Of a stretch of 39,226 bases of DNA, positions 36,382 to 39,226 are shown piece after piece. Numbering within the stretch: position 1 is the stretch's first letter; the number at the start of each line of letters is the position of its first letter. Location: the IMG/VR virus record IMGVR_UViG_3300031519_000069, positions 1 through 39,226 of that record. One strand, given 5' to 3'. The translations under genes were made by a program, and so were the position numbers. The notes below the pieces were generated by a model. The model did no database searches and had not been told where the DNA came from. It worked only from the letters and a program-made list of their open reading frames with translations. The DNA comes from a virus. Taxonomy: Duplodnaviria > Caudoviricetes.

Positions 36382-37927
36382 AGTCGCATTTGACTTTACA
36401 GAGGATGAAATCCAAGTGATGTTGGATAATCTTGACGAGTATACGCAAGATGAAGTCCTTGAGATCGATAAATTAGTTGAGGAGCTGGATTCACGTAAGA
36501 GAAGTAAGTTAGCGTACGACGATTTGATAGAATTCTGCAAGGCGATGATGCCTGAGTTTATTGTGGGTAAACATCACCGCATACTGGCCGACATGCTGAT
36601 GGCAATTGAGGGTGGGGACAAGGATCGGGTATGCGTAAACATACCCCCACGTCACGGTAAGTCCCAGTTAGTTTCTATCTTCTATCCAGCGTGGTATTTG
36701 GGCAGAAACCCTAATAAAAAGGTCATGATGGTGTCTCATACTACCGATTTAGCGGTAGATTTTGGCCGTAAAGTACGTAATTTAATCAATACTGATGCCT
36801 ATACATCCGTGTTTCCTACCGTTAGATTAGCCTCTGATTCCAAGTCTGCAGGTCGGTGGAACACCAGTGTAGGGGGTGAATACTATGCCTGTGGGGTAGG
36901 TTCTGCCCTTGCTGGACGTGGTGCTGACTTGCTTTTGGTGGATGACCCGCACTCTGAGCAAGATGTTATTAACGGTAACTTCTCGGTATTTGAGAAAGCC
37001 TATGAGTGGTACACGTTTGGGGCGCGTACGCGTCTTATGCCCGGAGGGCGGGTAGCGATTATTCAAACCCGTTGGCACATGGATGACCTGACAGGTCGCG
37101 TTGTGCGGGATATGACTCAGAACGATAAAGCTGATGAGTTCGAGGTGATCGAGTTCCCTGCGATCCTAGAGACCTCGGATAAGAAGACGGGTAAACCTAT
37201 ACAGAAGCCGCTGTGGCCTGAGTTCTTTGACTTAGACGCTTTGCTACGGACTAAGGCGTCGATGCCGGTCTTTCAGTGGAATGCTCAGTATCAGCAGGAA
37301 CCTACGGCGGAAGAAGCTGCCATCGTTAAGCGTGAGTGGTGGAGTATCTGGACGAAGGAAGATCCGCCCAAGTGCGAGTATATTATCATGTCATTAGACT
37401 CTGCTGCGGAGAAGCACAACCGTGCTGACTTTACAGCCCTGACGACGTGGGGTGTTTTCTTTAATGAAGAGGTAGAAGCGTACAACATCATTTTGCTGAA
37501 CAGCATTAAGAAGCGGTTGGAGTTTCCCGAACTAAAAGAGCTGGCGTTGGAAGAGTATGCTGACTGGGAACCCGATGCGTTCATCGTGGAGAAGAAAAGC
37601 TCTGGTGTGGCGATCTATCAGGAGATGCGCCGTATGGGACTGCCAGTACAGGAATATACCCCTCATAGAGGATCTGGTGATAAACTAGCACGTTTAAACT
37701 CGGTAGCAGATATTGTAGCATCAGGTATAGTATGGGTGCCCGAAACTCGCTGGGCAGAAGAAGTAGTTGAAGAGATTGCTGGATTTCCCTTTATGAGCCA
37801 TGATGACCTAGTGGATTCGACAGTCATGGCACTGATGCGTTTTAGGCAAGGTGGATTCATACGCTTACCAACTGATGAACCTGATGACATACGTTACTTT
37901 AAACAACGACGTGGCGGGTATTACTAA
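36368..37927 (+). CDS. terL: Terminase large subunit
   Basis: Walker A PPRHGKS, Walker B LLLVDD, IQTRWH coupling motif, RNase H-like nuclease domain (SLDSA...HDDLVD). Confidence 0.95.
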   Translation: MTMSEVAFDFTEDEIQVMLDNLDEYTQDEVLEIDKLVEELDSRKRSKLAYDDLIEFCKAMMPEFIVGKHHRILADMLMAIEGGDKDRVCVNIPPRHGKSQLVSIFYPAWYLGRNPNKKVMMVSHTTDLAVDFGRKVRNLINTDAYTSVFPTVRLASDSKSAGRWNTSVGGEYYACGVGSALAGRGADLLLVDDPHSEQDVINGNFSVFEKAYEWYTFGARTRLMPGGRVAIIQTRWHMDDLTGRVVRDMTQNDKADEFEVIEFPAILETSDKKTGKPIQKPLWPEFFDLDALLRTKASMPVFQWNAQYQQEPTAEEAAIVKREWWSIWTKEDPPKCEYIIMSLDSAAEKHNRADFTALTTWGVFFNEEVEAYNIILLNSIKKRLEFPELKELALEEYADWEPDAFIVEKKSSGVAIYQEMRRMGLPVQEYTPHRGSGDKLARLNSVADIVASGIVWVPETRWAEEVVEEIAGFPFMSHDDLVDSTVMALMRFRQGGFIRLPTDEPDDIRYFKQRRGGYY

Positions 37928-37938
37928 GAGTATAAATT

Positions 37939-39226
37939 ATGGCAATTGAAAAAGGCTTGTATGCTGCACCAGAAGGTATCGATGATCTGCTCGAAGGCGG
38001 GATGATGGACGGCGATATGATGGGTGCACAGTTAGAGATCGAGATCGTTGATCCTGAGATGGTTACGTTGTCTGATGGTAGCATGGAGATTACGTTAATC
38101 CCTGATGCCAACGAAGCAGACCTTATGGGGTTTGATGCCAACCTTGCTGAAGCGTTAGATGATAATGATCTACAGGGACTTGCACAGGATTTAGTTGGGC
38201 TGATCGATGCAGATATCGAAAGCCGAAAAGATTGGGCTGATACGTTTGTCAAAGGACTGGACGTATTAGGGTTCAAGTACGAAGAGCGCACAGACCCGTG
38301 GGAAGGTGCCTGCGGGGTTTACTCTACTGTACTGGCCGAAGCCGCGATACGTTTCCAAGCAGAGACGATGAGCGAGACTTTCCCAGCCGCTGGCCCCGTA
38401 CGAGTAAAGATCCTAGGAGCAGAAACACCCGAGAAAGCCGAAGCCGCTGAGAGAGTAAAAGCGGATATGAACTATGAGCTGACTGAGCGCATGGTTGAGT
38501 ACCGGCCAGAGCACGAACGGATGTTATACAGCCTAGGACTAGCGGGGTCTGCGTTTAAGAAGGTGTACTTTGACCCTAATTTAGGGCGTCAGGTTGCTAT
38601 CTATGTGCCTGCAGAGGACGTTATTGTACCCTACGGCGCGTCCCATATTGAGACTGCAGAGCGTGTTACCCACGTCATGCGGAAGACCAAGAACGAGCTT
38701 AAGAAGCTTCAGGCGATGGGGTTCTACAAAGAGGTAGACCTCGGTGATCCACAGCCGTTCCATACAGACATCGAGAAGAGGAAGGCCGAAGAAGGTGGCT
38801 ACTCTATTACTGACGATGATCGATATGCGATATACGAAGTCCATGCCGACCTTATTATTGACGGTATTGACGATGATGAAGACGAGATTGCAAAACCGTA
38901 CGTTATTACGATTGAACGTGGTACGAACAATATCCTAGCAATTCGGCGTAACTGGAGCGAAGAAGACCCGTTGATGCTGAAGCGTCAGCACTTTGTTCAT
39001 TACGTCTATGTACCGGGGTTTGGGTTCTACGGCCTTGGCTTGATCCACATTATTGGTGGGTACGCTCGTGCAGGTACCTCGCTGATTCGTCAGTTGGTCG
39101 ATGCCGGTACGCTGTCTAATCTTCCCGGTGGGTTGAAGTCTCGTGGCTTACGGATCAAGGGTGATGACTCGCCCATCGAGCCGGGGGAATGGAAGGATGT
39201 GGATGTGCCGTCTGGTAGTATCCGCG
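37939..39226 (+). CDS. Portal protein, 5' part (truncated at window end; absent from ORF track)
   Basis: ATG at 37939 opens a frame that runs to the end: MAIEKGLY...SRKDW....KGLDVLGFKYEERTDPWEGACGV...LAEAAIRFQAE...FPAAGPV. Follows TerL. Confidence 0.85.
   Translation, partial: MAIEKGLYAAPEGIDDLLEGGMMDGDMMGAQLEIEIVDPEMVTLSDGSMEITLIPDANEADLMGFDANLAEALDDNDLQGLAQDLVGLIDADIESRKDWADTFVKGLDVLGFKYEERTDPWEGACGVYSTVLAEAAIRFQAETMSETFPAAGPVRVKILGAETPEKAEAAERVKADMNYELTERMVEYRPEHERMLYSLGLAGSAFKKVYFDPNLGRQVAIYVPAEDVIVPYGASHIETAERVTHVMRKTKNELKKLQAMGFYKEVDLGDPQPFHTDIEKRKAEEGGYSITDDDRYAIYEVHADLIIDGIDDDEDEIAKPYVITIERGTNNILAIRRNWSEEDPLMLKRQHFVHYVYVPGFGFYGLGLIHIIGGYARAGTSLIRQLVDAGTLSNLPGGLKSRGLRIKGDDSPIEPGEWKDVDVPSGSIR

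Noticed and set aside
846-38938. The many short antisense or nested ORFs in the track (e.g. 2394-2948, 9455-9955, 16505-16915, 32858-33289, 37899-38291)
   Set aside because: They are shadow ORFs overlapping well-supported genes, with no motifs or translation signals.
1-39226. tRNA/rRNA genes, phage RNA polymerase, reverse transcriptase (DGR/retron)
   Set aside because: By eye I found no cloverleaf/T-loop signatures, RNAP motifs or YxDD RT motifs in the real genes. The mechanism that diversifies the array is therefore not evident in this window.

Overview
This window holds most of the genome of a tailed dsDNA bacteriophage with a podovirus-like layout. The + strand at 1-15800 encodes very large, probably internal virion/ejection proteins. 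The - strand at 15797-35365 carries a replication module (AEP/DUF927 primase-helicase, SSB-like proteins, SNF2 helicase, HNH-like protein, Cas4-like exonuclease, family A DNA polymerase, VRR-NUC) and an early operon (DUF3150-like protein, MoxR-type AAA+ ATPase, vWA-metallopeptidase, small HTH proteins). After a repeat-rich non-coding control region, TerS, TerL and a truncated portal follow on the + strand. The standout is a cassette at 27180-28833 (- strand): a RAMP/Cas7-like gene, an overlapping 165-aa partner gene and, 3 nt after its stop, a ~530-bp non-coding array. The array has nine units, each GGCA + (GGY-NN)x9-13, with a nearly invariant GGY scaffold and hypervariable NN dinucleotides. 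It looks like a phage-encoded RNA-guided system with non-contiguous guides, and matches my recollection of VIPR-type systems (not verified). Also notable: four copies of an operator-like palindrome upstream of early genes, an iteron-like candidate origin, a dispersed identical 15-mer and a Leu762 PolA. All protein calls come from motif recognition by eye; no database searches were run.
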